A stretch of DNA of 64,000 nt from Takakia lepidozioides (lineage: Eukaryota > Plantae > Bryophyta): positions 1,488,001 to 1,552,000 of the forward strand of contig CM060732.1 of the NCBI GenBank assembly GCA_030704615.1, in the 5' to 3' direction. Numbering within the stretch: position 1 is the first letter of the stretch; every line of letters begins with the position of its first letter. The position numbers and the translations under genes are program-made. Shown in pieces: positions 10,552-22,072 of this stretch. The notes under the pieces were generated by a model that saw only the letters and a list, made by a program, of their open reading frames with translations, made no database searches and was not told the DNA's origin.

Positions 10552-13500
10552 TGTACACACTGAAATCATCCAAGAATACCTGCATGAAATCATCCAGATA
10601 CTCATGAAAAGATTCACTTATCACTCTCTGAAAGGTTGCTGGTGCATTACAAAGTCCAAAGGGCATGACTTTGTATGCATAAGCACCCTAGTCTGTGATG
10701 AAAGCTGTCTTTCCCTGGTCTTCTTCTGCCACTCACTTGATTATAACCACTGAAACCATCCATGAATGAGTACATCTCATGGCCTGCCACAGTGTCCAAT
10801 ACTGCTTCTGTGAATGGCAAGGGAATGGATCCTTCTTCGTGCAAGCATTCAACTTCTTATAGTTCACACAAACTCTTAGTTTACCATTCTTATTGGGAAC
10901 TATCACAATGGGTGACAACCAAGTTGTATACTCTATTGGGTATATAAACTTAGCCTTAGCCAACTTCTTGAACTCTTCTCCAACCTTTTGTGCATAGTTG
11001 GGATTCATTCTGTACCTCGCCTGCTTGATTGGTACTGACCCTGGTTCCAGTTCAATCTTATGTTGACAGATCTCAGGTGGTATCCCTTTTAGATCCTCGT
11101 AGCTCCAAGCAAATACATCTCTGTATTTGATGAACAAACTCTTAGCTTCTTCAAAGAATTCTGGGCTCCAAATCAGCTCCTACCTTCACCATCCTCGGTT
11201 CCTCTTCAGTTCCCACATTCACTTCCCTCACCTGCTCATCAGCTGTGATTGTCCAACCAGTCACCACTTCATCCTGTAAACTCACAGTGGCTGGTTCCTC
11301 TAGGATTTCCATTTCTCCTTCTCTTTCTTCATAGAAATGTGATGGGTAACTGCTGGTTTCTTCTTCAATTGGTGTTGCTGACACTACACCACAACAGATA
11401 CCTCTTAAACAACTTAGGCCTTCCAGCCGCATCTCTGCAACCTGCTCCCACTCTGGGTGTGCAGCGAACAGGGTAGCTTCCTGCTCCTCATCCAGTCCTC
11501 CCCTCCAATCATACTCTCTGACTCCTCGAGGTCTTCTCGTAGCAGGTAATCTACTAGATTTCTTTGTGGTAATTTGTATCTCGTGCATCCCATTATGCAC
11601 AGTTAGTACTGAGAATTCCAGTCATGGAATACCCTGGCCTGTTTCAGCCACGGACGTCCAATAATAAGGAGTAAGCCTCCATGACTTCATCCATCTTCAA
11701 CACAGTTACTGTGATCATAAGATCATCTTCTGTATCTGTATCTTAACTCCTCTTATCAATCCCAATGGTTGTACACTTCTTTGATCTGCCATTGTTACTG
11801 TAAATGGGGCTGGTTTCATGTTACTTAGACCAAGCTTCTTCCTTAATTGGTCTGTCATGATATTTACTCCAGAGCCTCCAACTATCAGTACATCAGTTAG
11901 TTCTGTGCTTCCAATTCTCAATTGGATTACTGGCATAGAATCATCAAAGTCCATGAATGTTTCTCGTCCTTCCGGCTTCACATTATAACTGGTCACCTTG
12001 CTGTTCAGGTCTGTGTTTCCTGTCTTCTGGGCAATTCGATTGATTGCTTGATACAGCCTGTGTCTACAATAAGGTGCCACAGCCAATAGCTGTCCAATGG
12101 TAATCTCTGCTTTGGTCTGGCATATTACTTCAGCCAAAGTCCCTTCATTACTTTGCATGTCTGCAACTTCTTTCTTCCTTTCATCCTCACTCACTTCTTC
12201 TTCTCCATCAGAATCAGAGGAATCTGCCACAGGAATATCAGTACTCTTCTGCATTTCCCTTATGGTATCTGCCACTTCCTTGTGCAGTTCCTTCTCATCT
12301 CTCCAAGCCTCATCATCTTCAGGCATATCACTGCCATCTTCATTATCATCATCTTCCTCAACTATTGGAGATATTAGTTTGGCTTTGCTTCTTGTTACTA
12401 TCATTGTACTTACTTCTGGTACAACACATGGCCTAACCATGTGAGCTGCCACCACTGGGCCCTCATTCACAGGAGCTCTCATCTCATTCTGGTGTCTAAT
12501 CCAGAATGAACAGGCTGCCTTGCGATGTCCTGGCTGATTACAATAGTAACACAGTTTTTCACCATTGGGTCCTCGCCCTTGGTCTGCTCTGGGATTATTT
12601 CTGTAATCCTGATTCCCTAGCTGGTAATTCCCCCTTGGACTCTGGAATTTCTTTGGTAATTCCCTCTTGAATTACCCCTCCCTTCCATGCCATTGTTATA
12701 ACCACCAGCCCTACCATAGTGGTCGTGATCATTGTTTCTTCTTGGCTGGGGTTGCACTTGATGCACCCTTACTTGCCTAGGTTCTCTTGCAGCTGTCCTT
12801 CTGTTGTAGTAACAATTCTCAGTAGAATGGTTATCCATGTTACAGATAGTACAGTGTTTCTCCTTCATGTGGCATTCAGTGGTGGTATGGCCTTCATTCT
12901 GGCACTTTGCACACCAAACACCCTTCCTCCAATGTGTTGCAGCCTCTGTGGCATACTTCTTCAAGATTTCTTCTAATCTTTTCTCATAGTTATCCCTCTT
13001 CAACTTCTCCTTTCTCTTACTCTTCCTTTTCAGTTCTTGCTCTTCTTCTTCATCTGACTCATCCTCAGAGTCCTCATCATCCCTTTTCTCTCTCCTGAGC
13101 ATTCCCAATTGCTCAATTCTGTTTGCAGTTTCAAATGCCTCCTCCACTGTATTATGGGGTAACATATCCACTTTCTTCTGCAACTCTGGTCTTAGTCCAC
13201 TCACAAACCAAGTCTTCTGTAAACCTGGTGCTGGTACAGCAGCCAGCTTTTTCATCATCAATTCCATCTTTTCCATATACTCCTCAACAGTTTCATGCTT
13301 CTTTTGCTTTAACTGTTGTAAACTTCCATACACTTCATCCTCAGTTTTACTTGTCCTGAACCTATTTCGGAATGCTGTATTCAAGCCATTCCAGGTTAGG
13401 AAATGATTATCAGGAAATCTTGCATACCATTCACGTGCTTTCTTGATAAGTGAACAAGGAAACAATCTCATCTTGGCATCATCGCCATTCTTATTGTTCA

Positions 13501-13725
13501 CTATACACATGTGCTCAAATTGGCTAATGTGTACATCGGGATCCCCTTTTCCTGAATATATTGGAAAAGATGGTTTTGCCCGTTTTGGTTGTAACGCCAT
13601 CTATGGCCCTACCTTCTGCCCACTGACAGGTGCTGGCACCCTTGCTGGTGCTGGTCCTTGAGGACCTGTTGTAGTTGTGGTGGATCTTCCACCCAGTGGT
13701 GGCCCCTGAGCACTCCCTGCTACTG
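10552..13725 (-). pseudogene. Non-chromovirus Gypsy gag-protease-RT, truncated at both ends
   Basis: Gag 12617-13600 with CAKCQNEGHTTTEC and CTICNMDNHSTENC, plus CYYCNQPGHRKAAC near 12510-12555. Protease VLI(V)GGSGVNIM with catalytic D mutated. RT WLSPIVIVPNKNGKLRVC, FMDGFSGYNQ, MPFGLCNAPATFQR, FLDDFSV. Confidence 0.92.
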
Positions 13726-14187
13726 GCCGACGGCCGGGCGTCGCACGTGGGCGCCGCGCCCTTTTTTTTCCCTAAGTGCTTCAAGCATCTCTTTCCCCTT
13801 CCGATTTCATTTGTTCTTTGGGAGAGAGGTAGTTCAGAGAGTGGGGTTTAGGGTGGAGGAAACGCACCTGCTGCTGAGCCCGAGGTAGTCGCAAGGCCCC
13901 AAAGAGTTTGCCCCAACGCCGCTCCAACGCCCAAGGTAAGCACCGCCTCCTCCCTCACTTTCTGTCTTTCTTTCTTGCCCTAAGCACGGGCGATGTCTCT
14001 CTCCCCTGTGTAGTAGGAACGCCACGCAGAGGCGCGACCTAACGAGCTGAAGAGAGAGAGAGCCGTGGTGAGCGGGGGAGAGACGCCCTGCAGCGGCGGG
14101 GACCCGCACCACTGGCAGCTGCGACAGCACCGCAGCAGCTCGCCGCGTCAGCTCGCTTCAAGCACCAGTAACAGCAGAGGTACGTCA

Positions 14188-15385
14188 GGGAAATTGCACT
14201 CTCCCTTTCCTCTCTGCTCCTGTTTATTGTTCAAAGGTAGTCTTCCTGCCCTGATTTTAAATTTAGGTCTGGTGCCAAGAGTGGGATAGACCCTTGAGCG
14301 CATCCATGATGTCCTCCCCCATGTCACAGACTGGAAACAGGTTCAGGGAAGTTTTCTTCCTAACTTCATTTTCATCGGACAATTGTCTGGTAACAGACAT
14401 GGCTACACTCTCTAAGTCAGGTTTATCCAGCAAGGTCAAGACTTGCGGGTCCAGATTCAGATCCTTGAGAATCTCTTTTACTCTCTTCTCCTAGGGCTCG
14501 CCCTGTTTGACAGGTCGGACTTGTTTCCAAGATATAGAGTCGATTAACTTAGGATATCTGGTGTTGGACAAATGTTGCAGCTGAACCCACCATCTGACCT
14601 TGAATTTAGGGTGTTGGGAGCTTAAAAGAGAGTAGCACAGAAGAGAGGGAGAGAGAGGGACAGAGAGAAGGAGTGAGAGGGAGACATCAGGGGGCAACAA
14701 AGAAAAGAAAAGAAGGTGGGGGGGGGAGTGACTGAGCAGCTGCTGCTGCTCAATCACTCCCCCCCCCACATTCTCTGTTTTTCTTTGTTGCCCCCTCTCT
14801 TGGGGAAACAAAAGGGACAAATCCTACCTCTATCAGGGGCTGACGTTGGTAGTAAGACTTACCTTCACATATAGAATTAATCCGGGTTTTCCAGATATCC
14901 TCTACAAATCCCTTCACACAAGCATCAATCTGCTGTGTGTGAGTTGCCCAAAAACTAGGCCTCAGAAGGGGCTGGGCTTTTGGCTCAGCCTCGACTTTTT
15001 CAAAGTTAGTAAACAGAGGTACATGCACAATTCCCATGATAGATTTGAAGAGAGCGTCTCTTTGGTGAGAGAACCCCGGACAGTGTATCAGAAAATGAGT
15101 AATGTCTTCAGGTTGCCCACAGACATGGTTGGACACTATAGCCTCTAAGTCAGATTTATCCAGCAGGGTGAAGACTTGCGGTTCCAGGTCCAGGTCCTTG
15201 AGAATCTCTTCTACTGTCTTCTACCAGGACTTAGCCTGTTTGACAGGTCGGTGGGCGGTCATGTTTCCAAGATATAGAGTCGATTAACTTAAGATATCTG
15301 GTGTTGGACATATGTTGCAGCTGAACCCACCATCTGACCTTGAATTTATCTCGTCGGGAGCTTAAAAGAGAGCAGCACAGAAGAG
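14188..15385 (-). mobile_element. Rearranged 3' fragments of a non-LTR retrotransposon ORF2 (RTEX/RTE-like)
   Basis: KFKVRWWVQLQHLSNTRYPKLI...W, KFKIRAGRLPLN and C-terminal CGQPEDITHFLIHCP. Blocks 14405-14650 and 15130-15390 are duplicates; G-tract and (GA)n tail. Confidence 0.65.
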
Positions 15386-16737
15386 AGGGAAGATATACAT
15401 GTCATGTCAAGACATGGACAAGACCGCTAAGGTCATTGTCATTGAAAGACAAAACAGCCCTTTACAGGGCACCATCTAACATTCTCTTTCATGTTTACAA
15501 TCTCATTTGAATACCCAATTACATTTCAGGGTCTCTGAAAAAACAGTGTGGGAGGGTGGGATTCCAGGTCATTCATATCATGAAAGCACCATAGTACACA
15601 TCATCATCTCAAGAATCCATTTTAAACTCATTTCAAAAACCAGATTGCAGGTTTGTTTTGAAGATGATGTTTTAGAACCAAGATATAAGCAAGATTCTTA
15701 AAAAGGAAGAAGAAACAACAGTGTAGAGCCCCCTTAAGCAGGTATAGGCCTAGAATGGTATTTTAAGGCCACATAAAGTAGTTCTGCCAAGGTGAAAGAG
15801 CAGCTCAGAAACCCTAGTTTGTTATCAAGCCATGAAACCAAAATGATATGAGGGCCTTGAAGAATGTGTGTTATCTATCAAAGCCTATCATTTTGATCCA
15901 TCAGAGTCATACCAAGAGTTCTCATTTCAGAGCCAAGTATCAAGGCAGTCAAAGTAATAACTGCTATTTTGTATCCTTGTATCCTTCATAGCTAAACTCC
16001 TACACATGCAAATGTGGTTGTAAAAAACCATAAACAGGGGTAAGGAGAGAAGCAGATCCTCATTGTAGCAATCTTGGAGCAGGTCTGAAGCGGCATGGTG
16101 GCAGTTTGAAACAGCAGATGGCATCAGCAACTCAGGCAGCAGCAGTATCCACACTTGCAAGAACAGGAACTGCAAGCTTCAAGAAATCAAGACAAGTGAA
16201 GACCCTCACCTGTGCCCGTCCCAAAAACCACCACATAGCGATGTGTGTTAGTGAGGATGCAGCAGGTAAGTGGCAGGTCTTCACAGTTGCTATCCATGTC
16301 AGTGTTGAATTCTAAAGCAAGTACAGATCACAATTCAAGCAATGGTAAATTCAAAAAACCTTGAGTGTTTGTGGTATGCCCTGCGCCATGGCGTCCAACA
16401 GATTGTCTCCAACAGAACGCAATCAGAGTAGAAGCGTTCACAGCTAGAGAGTGGCTCATACACGAAGAGAGAGCAACAAGTAATCTGTAGATAAATAGGG
16501 ATAGAGTACTTCCCAACAAGGAGTAAAAGCGCCGTTTCAAAATAAAGAACCATGAGTTCCTGATCAGAGCAATCACGGCTTTGTCGTCTGCCATAGAAGA
16601 ATCTGTTTAACCACCACTGCGCATCCCAAGAGCCAGCAATCACGAGTACCATGTAGCAGCAGGGGAGCAGGTTTATACGGCGCATCATCAAGGTTCACTG
16701 AAGCACGAGTTCAGTGCTTGAAGTGTGTCGGCCTGCT

Positions 16738-18595
16738 TAGGGCAAAACTTTCCGATTTTTCATCCAGGATGGATGAAATATCACATTTTACCAAGATAGG
16801 CATTTTGTCACTGGATGACATCCCATAGAAATGTATCTTTTAGGGTTATGGTATAGGTTTAGGTTTAATAACTGCCATCATTTATGATGGTAGTTTTATT
16901 ATTCTCTTGGATTTTATAATAGGTAACCATTATTTATGTAGATCATCCAGTTTAGATGAAAAAAATAGATGGTAACTCTAGCTTTCTGTATATTAAGTTT
17001 CATCATCCAATAATAAAATAAAATCATCCAGATTTGGATGAAAAAAGGCAGGGATGAAAAACTAAATAACCTCAAAAGGTTAAGGCCAGATGAAATCCAA
17101 AGATTTATAGAGGGAGAGGGAGAGAGGGAGAGAGAGGGAGTGAGAGGGAGACATCAGGGGGCAACAAAGAAAAGAAAAGAAGGTTGGGGGGGGGGGGGGG
17201 CGGTGACTGAGCAGTTGCTGCTGCTCACCCCCCCCCCCCCCCCCACATTCTCTGTTTTTCTTTGTTGCCCCCTCTCTTGGGGAAACAAAAGGGACAGATC
17301 TTACCTCTGTCAGGGGCTGATGTTGGTAGTAAGACTTACCTTCACATATAGAATTAATCCGTGTTTTCCAGATATCCTCTACAAATCCCTTCACACAAGC
17401 ATCAATTTGTTGTGTGTGAGATGCCCAAAAACTAGGCCTTAGAAGGGGCTGGGCTTTTGGCTCAGCCTCGACTTTTTCAAAGTTAGTAAACAAATGAGTA
17501 CTGTCTTCAGATTGCCCACACAACGGGCAATTGCACTCTCCCTTTCCTCTCTGCTTCTGTTTGCTGTTCAAAGGTAGGCTTCCTGCCCTGGGTTTAAATT
17601 TCAGTCTAGTGCCGAGAGTGGGTAGACCCTTGAGGTCATCCAAGATGTCCTCCTCCATGTCACTGACTCGAAACAAGTTCAGGGAATTTTTTTGCCTAAC
17701 TTCATTTTCATCAGACAATCTCATGGCAACAAACATGGTTGGACACTACAGCCTCTAAGTCAGATTTAGCCAGCAGGGTGAAGACTTGCGGTTCTAGGTC
17801 CAGGTCCTTGAGAATCTCTTCTACTGTCTTCTGCCAGGACTTAGCCTGTTTGACAGGTCGGTGGGCGGTCCTGTTTCCAAGATATAGAGTCGATTAACTT
17901 AGGATATCTGGTGTTGGACATATGCTGCAGCTGACCCCACCATCTGACCTCCCCCCCCCCCCAACCCATTTTTTTCATTGTTGCCCCCTCTCTCCCTCTG
18001 TCTCCCTCTCTACTGGGAATTGACAGGTTGCTATCAGTGTTGATTTTTTGTTTTCTCATCCTCTATCAGGCTTTTTCATCCTACCGGATGAGCCACCAGG
18101 ATGGACACTGAATTGCCTCTAGGATGGTTCTTTTGGCCTTTTCATTCCTCCTCTATTGACTCTCATCCATACCGGATGAGTCACCATGGAAGAAAAGAAT
18201 TACCTCTATGGAAGTTGCCAACAACATCATGTTTTTCCATCCGTACCGAATGAAAAACCACCAAGGTGATAATTTTTCATCCCTTTTTTATTGACTCTTT
18301 TTATCCATACCGGATGGTCTGGTAAAGAATGATAGAATTACCTAGATGGAGGTAAGGCGCTGCCACGGATGATATTCCCTACTTTTTCATCCTGACACAA
18401 ATGATCTGTCTATGGATGATATGATTATGGCCTGGAATTGATCTTTACTGCCCTTAATTATGATTAATTACGGTGGGAACCCTAACCCCTACCCCAAAAC
18501 CTATTTTTAACCTTGCTGCGAATGAAATCCGTCAGAGTATATGGATTCGTCCTACTGTTTTTCATCCACGGATGAATAATCGGGGGACAACCCTA
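16738..18595. mobile_element. Non-autonomous TIR element (hAT-like) with GGATGA/TCATCC subterminal repeats
   Basis: Left TAGGGcaaaactttCCGATTtTTCATCC matches the reverse complement of the right end TAGGGttgtcccCCGATTaTTCATCC; many GGATGA motifs inside. No clean 8-bp TSD. Confidence 0.55.
17105..18012 (-). mobile_element. Further copy of the RTEX/RTE-like LINE 3' fragment nested in the TIR element
   Basis: High identity to 14188-15385; ORF 17080-17736 contains KFKPRAGSLPLN...CNCPLCGQSEDSTH. Confidence 0.7.
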
Positions 18596-20288
18596 TGTCG
18601 TCTCTCATGCTGTCAGAAGCACGCGATGTGCTTATGAGCTCGCGAGGAGAGTGTTATGGCGGGCGTGCTTCGGTGGCTGCCCTGTTTGTGGTGTCGTACC
18701 CATGCTGGACGAGCGCATGGGGGGGGGCGCGAAGGCGGTGCCTTGTCTCTCTTGCAGCGGGAAACACCGCTATGAAAGCAGTGGCATCTTCCCTCCTCTG
18801 GCTTTTTCTGTGCTTAGCAAGGATGCTTATGATGGGAAGTTCTCTCCCTCCTTTCTAGTGCCTTGCTATTGTGCCTGCTTTGCTTCATTGCTTATGTGCT
18901 TTGTGGAGGCGGCTTGCTGTGGGTGGTGATGGCGCATAACCCTCTTCCCCAATCGCTTACGGTGCCTTTGGAGTTTAGGGATTCTCATGTTCTTATCTCT
19001 TTCTCTTGCTTTTGAGTTTCTTAGTTGACATCTATGACAAGTGTGAGGGTCTGTGATTCACCTGGGGTTCCACAATCCTCACTAACCTGTTGCTTTTTGT
19101 GGGGGCTTGTGATGGGGCCAGGCCTGCATTATGGCCTTTGTCGTTCTGCCGCCGATGCGCAGCTCGGCCTCACAGGCTTGTTTCCCGAGGCTTGCATACA
19201 AACCATACCCTACCTTTTAATCTTTGACAACACAGCCTGTGGACTACTAAGCTAGGTTGTAAGTTATTTAGGCCAAAGAGGATCTGATTCTTGGTGGTAT
19301 GTTTTTGGCGGTTTTGGGTAGCTATGGATCTGATGGCCTTGAAGTTTAAGGCGGCAGCCTGGTAGGGTACTGCCCTGCTCCTTGTCAAGCCTACTTTTGA
19401 TGTGTACTGGATCGTAGTAAGGTGTTCTTTGCATGTCTTAGCATGGAACTCTTGAAGGATGAGGATGGTAAGCTGCAATGGAATCCTACCTATTGTTTTG
19501 GATCTATCATGACATCAGGCCTATGACCTGCCATCTGTTTTTTATACAAAAGAGGATGGATCTCGGCTGTTCATGTTGTTTGTTGGTACAAGTCTTGAAC
19601 CTGCAATCTGACAGGCTGCATTCACATTCCCTTGATATCTTGTATGATCACATGTCTCGGGGTGAATACAAATGATATGGAATCTACTTCATTTGGCTAA
19701 AGTTGGACTACTTGGTGGTATACTGAGATTCTGACAAAGTCAGGCTGGTCCTTATGCCTTGGCTGATGCATGACCTGCCATAATTAATGGCTGAATTGGT
19801 AAGCTGCTGGTATATGTACAGGCCGAATCAAGAGGACTTGCAGCATGCACAGGGACAACAATATCTTATCTTGTCCCACACAAGAACAAACCCCGCCCTC
19901 CCACCCTATTTTGTCTTGGATGATTGGGTTGTGTCTTTTGGGATGATTTGACAAGACTGGAAATGTAAGACAGTGCCCTATCCAGGGCTGTTTATGTCTT
20001 TAATTGACAATGACCCTTATGGGTCTTGTCCATGTCTTGACATGACGTGAATATCTTCCCACTCTCTTCCTCTCCAGTGTACTTAGTGGTTTTTGTACAC
20101 ACTATCTACCATCTTCTTTTCTTGTTATTCCATTACCAGTCTGACCTACTAACAAGGATTTTTATGGTCTGGCAGTTGACCAGCATATAAGTTCCTGTGT
20201 TGGAGGGGTGTACATCAAGTTCGCTTTGGGATTTCAGTCCCTGGCCTCCATGTTTTCCAGCAATGCAAACTACCACTAGTCACGGCAA

Positions 20289-20990
20289 GTGACTTCGAGT
20301 ACCAATATGCAAGGGCTGGACTCGGGAGTTTTGGAGGATTCTGAGAATCTCAACATACCGGAGGAAGGTTGCAGGCTGATTGACACCCACGCCCATGGCA
20401 GGAAATTCATAACTCATGCGGCGAAGCCTACCCCCTTGGGACTCATACATATGCTATACCCAAACCGAGGTATGGAATGGATCAGCCCTAAGAACCTGAT
20501 TAAGGAAGCTCTGGTGACTCATGCACAACCAGACTTGGCTCTCCTTGTTGATGAGATTGTCTTTGGATGGACCTATCATAAACAATGCAGCACTGAATTT
20601 TACCAGCCTGCTGTTGTTTTCCGAGACTTCAACTTCATGCGAGATCTGATTATGGCACTAGAATGTGCATGTGATGGAACTAACAGGTTTCGTGTGTTTT
20701 GTGATGAGGTTACGGTAACAGAGTTCCATTTACCTGGGTCTGTTCCCAAACAACACGTACGCACCATGGATTTGAACATCATCAGACATGAGAGACTGAA
20801 AGCCGTGTTCAGCCTAGGTATGAATCACATCCCTCTCAAACGTACCTTGTTGAAGGATGTGGTTGAGCAAGTCTACTCTGCTTTTTTCAAGACATGTGAC
20901 ATTCTACAAGTAGATACTTGTGAGAATTGGGTGATATCATGCAGCCACTGGCTGAAAAACACATGCTGGGACAGATTGAAACAAAAAGCC
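20289..20990 (+). mobile_element. Penelope-like element ORF fragment (Naiad/Chlamys-like region N-terminal to RT), truncated by another TE
   Basis: LIHMLYPNRGMEWI...IVFGWTY...CAC...HVRTMDLNIIRHERLKAVFSLGMNHIP resembles the CxC...HVxTGDLxII...LRxLFxKG linker of Naiad/Chlamys PLEs (recognised by eye). Confidence 0.62.
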
Positions 20991-21080
20991 GGGGGCTGCT
21001 ATTTCATGAGCCATGAGCCATGAGCGGCATGAGCCATGAGCAGAGTCGTAAGTGTGAAAAAAAAACATGAGCAGACTATT
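20990..21080 (+). mobile_element. Probable terminus of a hAT-like element with CATGAGC subterminal repeats
   Basis: GGGGGCTGCTATTT followed by four close CATGAGC units and a fifth near 21066; abruptly replaces the PLE ORF. Confidence 0.4.
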
Positions 21081-21599
21081 TTCCGGAAATATGTGTCCGC
21101 GGGAATAGGGTTAAGGGTGCCACGGTCATAGGGGGAGAAGGACCTCCCGATGAAGGAGGTTCGGCAATGTTTTTTAGAATTATATATTGAATGGCAATGT
21201 TTCGCGAATGGTAGGGTGGTACTGCTCTGTACAATGGGGGCCCATTTCAGCCTAACAGCCACTTGCAAAATCCTCCCACACTCCCAATCCCAAACGAAAT
21301 GAGCAATGACGCATTATGGGAACGATGGACACAGAATAGAATAAAAAGAGGGCACAATGAGGTTTTTATTGATACACATGAATTGCATTTGAAGCACGTC
21401 TACTGTGCTGATTGTGCAAGCAAATTGTTAGCCCTGTGCCTACTGAATACAAGTCACGTTGTCAATGGGACTTCGACTGCTGTCAAATCTCATGTTCCAA
21501 CTACCCAATTGGCAGCTTTGAGGGAGGAACTCAGGAAGGAGTTTGAGGCTCGACTTGCAGAAACTCAATGAGACTTGAGTCCGATCCACGACCATCTAA

Positions 21600-22071
21600 A
21601 GTTTAAAAAATGGTCATGCTCATGACCAGGGTAGTTTCCCATTCCTACCTACAACCATACAGAGCGCCACGTATCCGGGCACGAACGCATCCACAGTCAG
21701 ATCCATGACTCTCAAAAAGTTGCTAGATCCAACACGTGGTATTGCTCAACGTGAACACGTGGCTCATTGTGGCATGCGTGCGAGATAACATCGTCCTTAC
21801 ACCTGTCATCATCTGAAATTGACACATCGTAGTCCGGGGAGAATTGTGTGGTGCTAGAAAACAGTCACGGATGTGACGAAAAACATGGTCATGTATCTTG
21901 CTCACTAGGAGATGTCATTCAGAGTCATATTCACGACGCGGATATTAGAGTCATCGTAACGACACGGTCTGCATGACTCTTTGCAAAAGAATAAAAAATG
22001 AGTCGAAATGATCAAAAGAGTCATGAAAACAGTAAAAAAAAATATCAGGAAACCCGTTTTTTGTACTGGTG
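21600..22071 (+). mobile_element. Right end of a CACTA/EnSpm-like element
   Basis: Ends ...TTTTTTGTACTGGTG (reverse complement CACCAGTACAAAAAAC), preceded by many GTCA/GAGTC subterminal repeats. Confidence 0.55.
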
Positions 22072-22072
22072 T

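Noticed and set aside
9782-10666. 294-aa and 223-aa ORFs in the track
   Set aside because: Artefacts of translating through the 500-N gap.
16106-16691. Protein-coding exons
   Set aside because: Overlapping short ORFs on both strands with no motif; more likely non-coding element sequence.
20004-20050. Canonical hammerhead ribozyme
   Set aside because: TTGACAA only loosely resembles CUGAnGA and no GAAA follows the stem in either copy.
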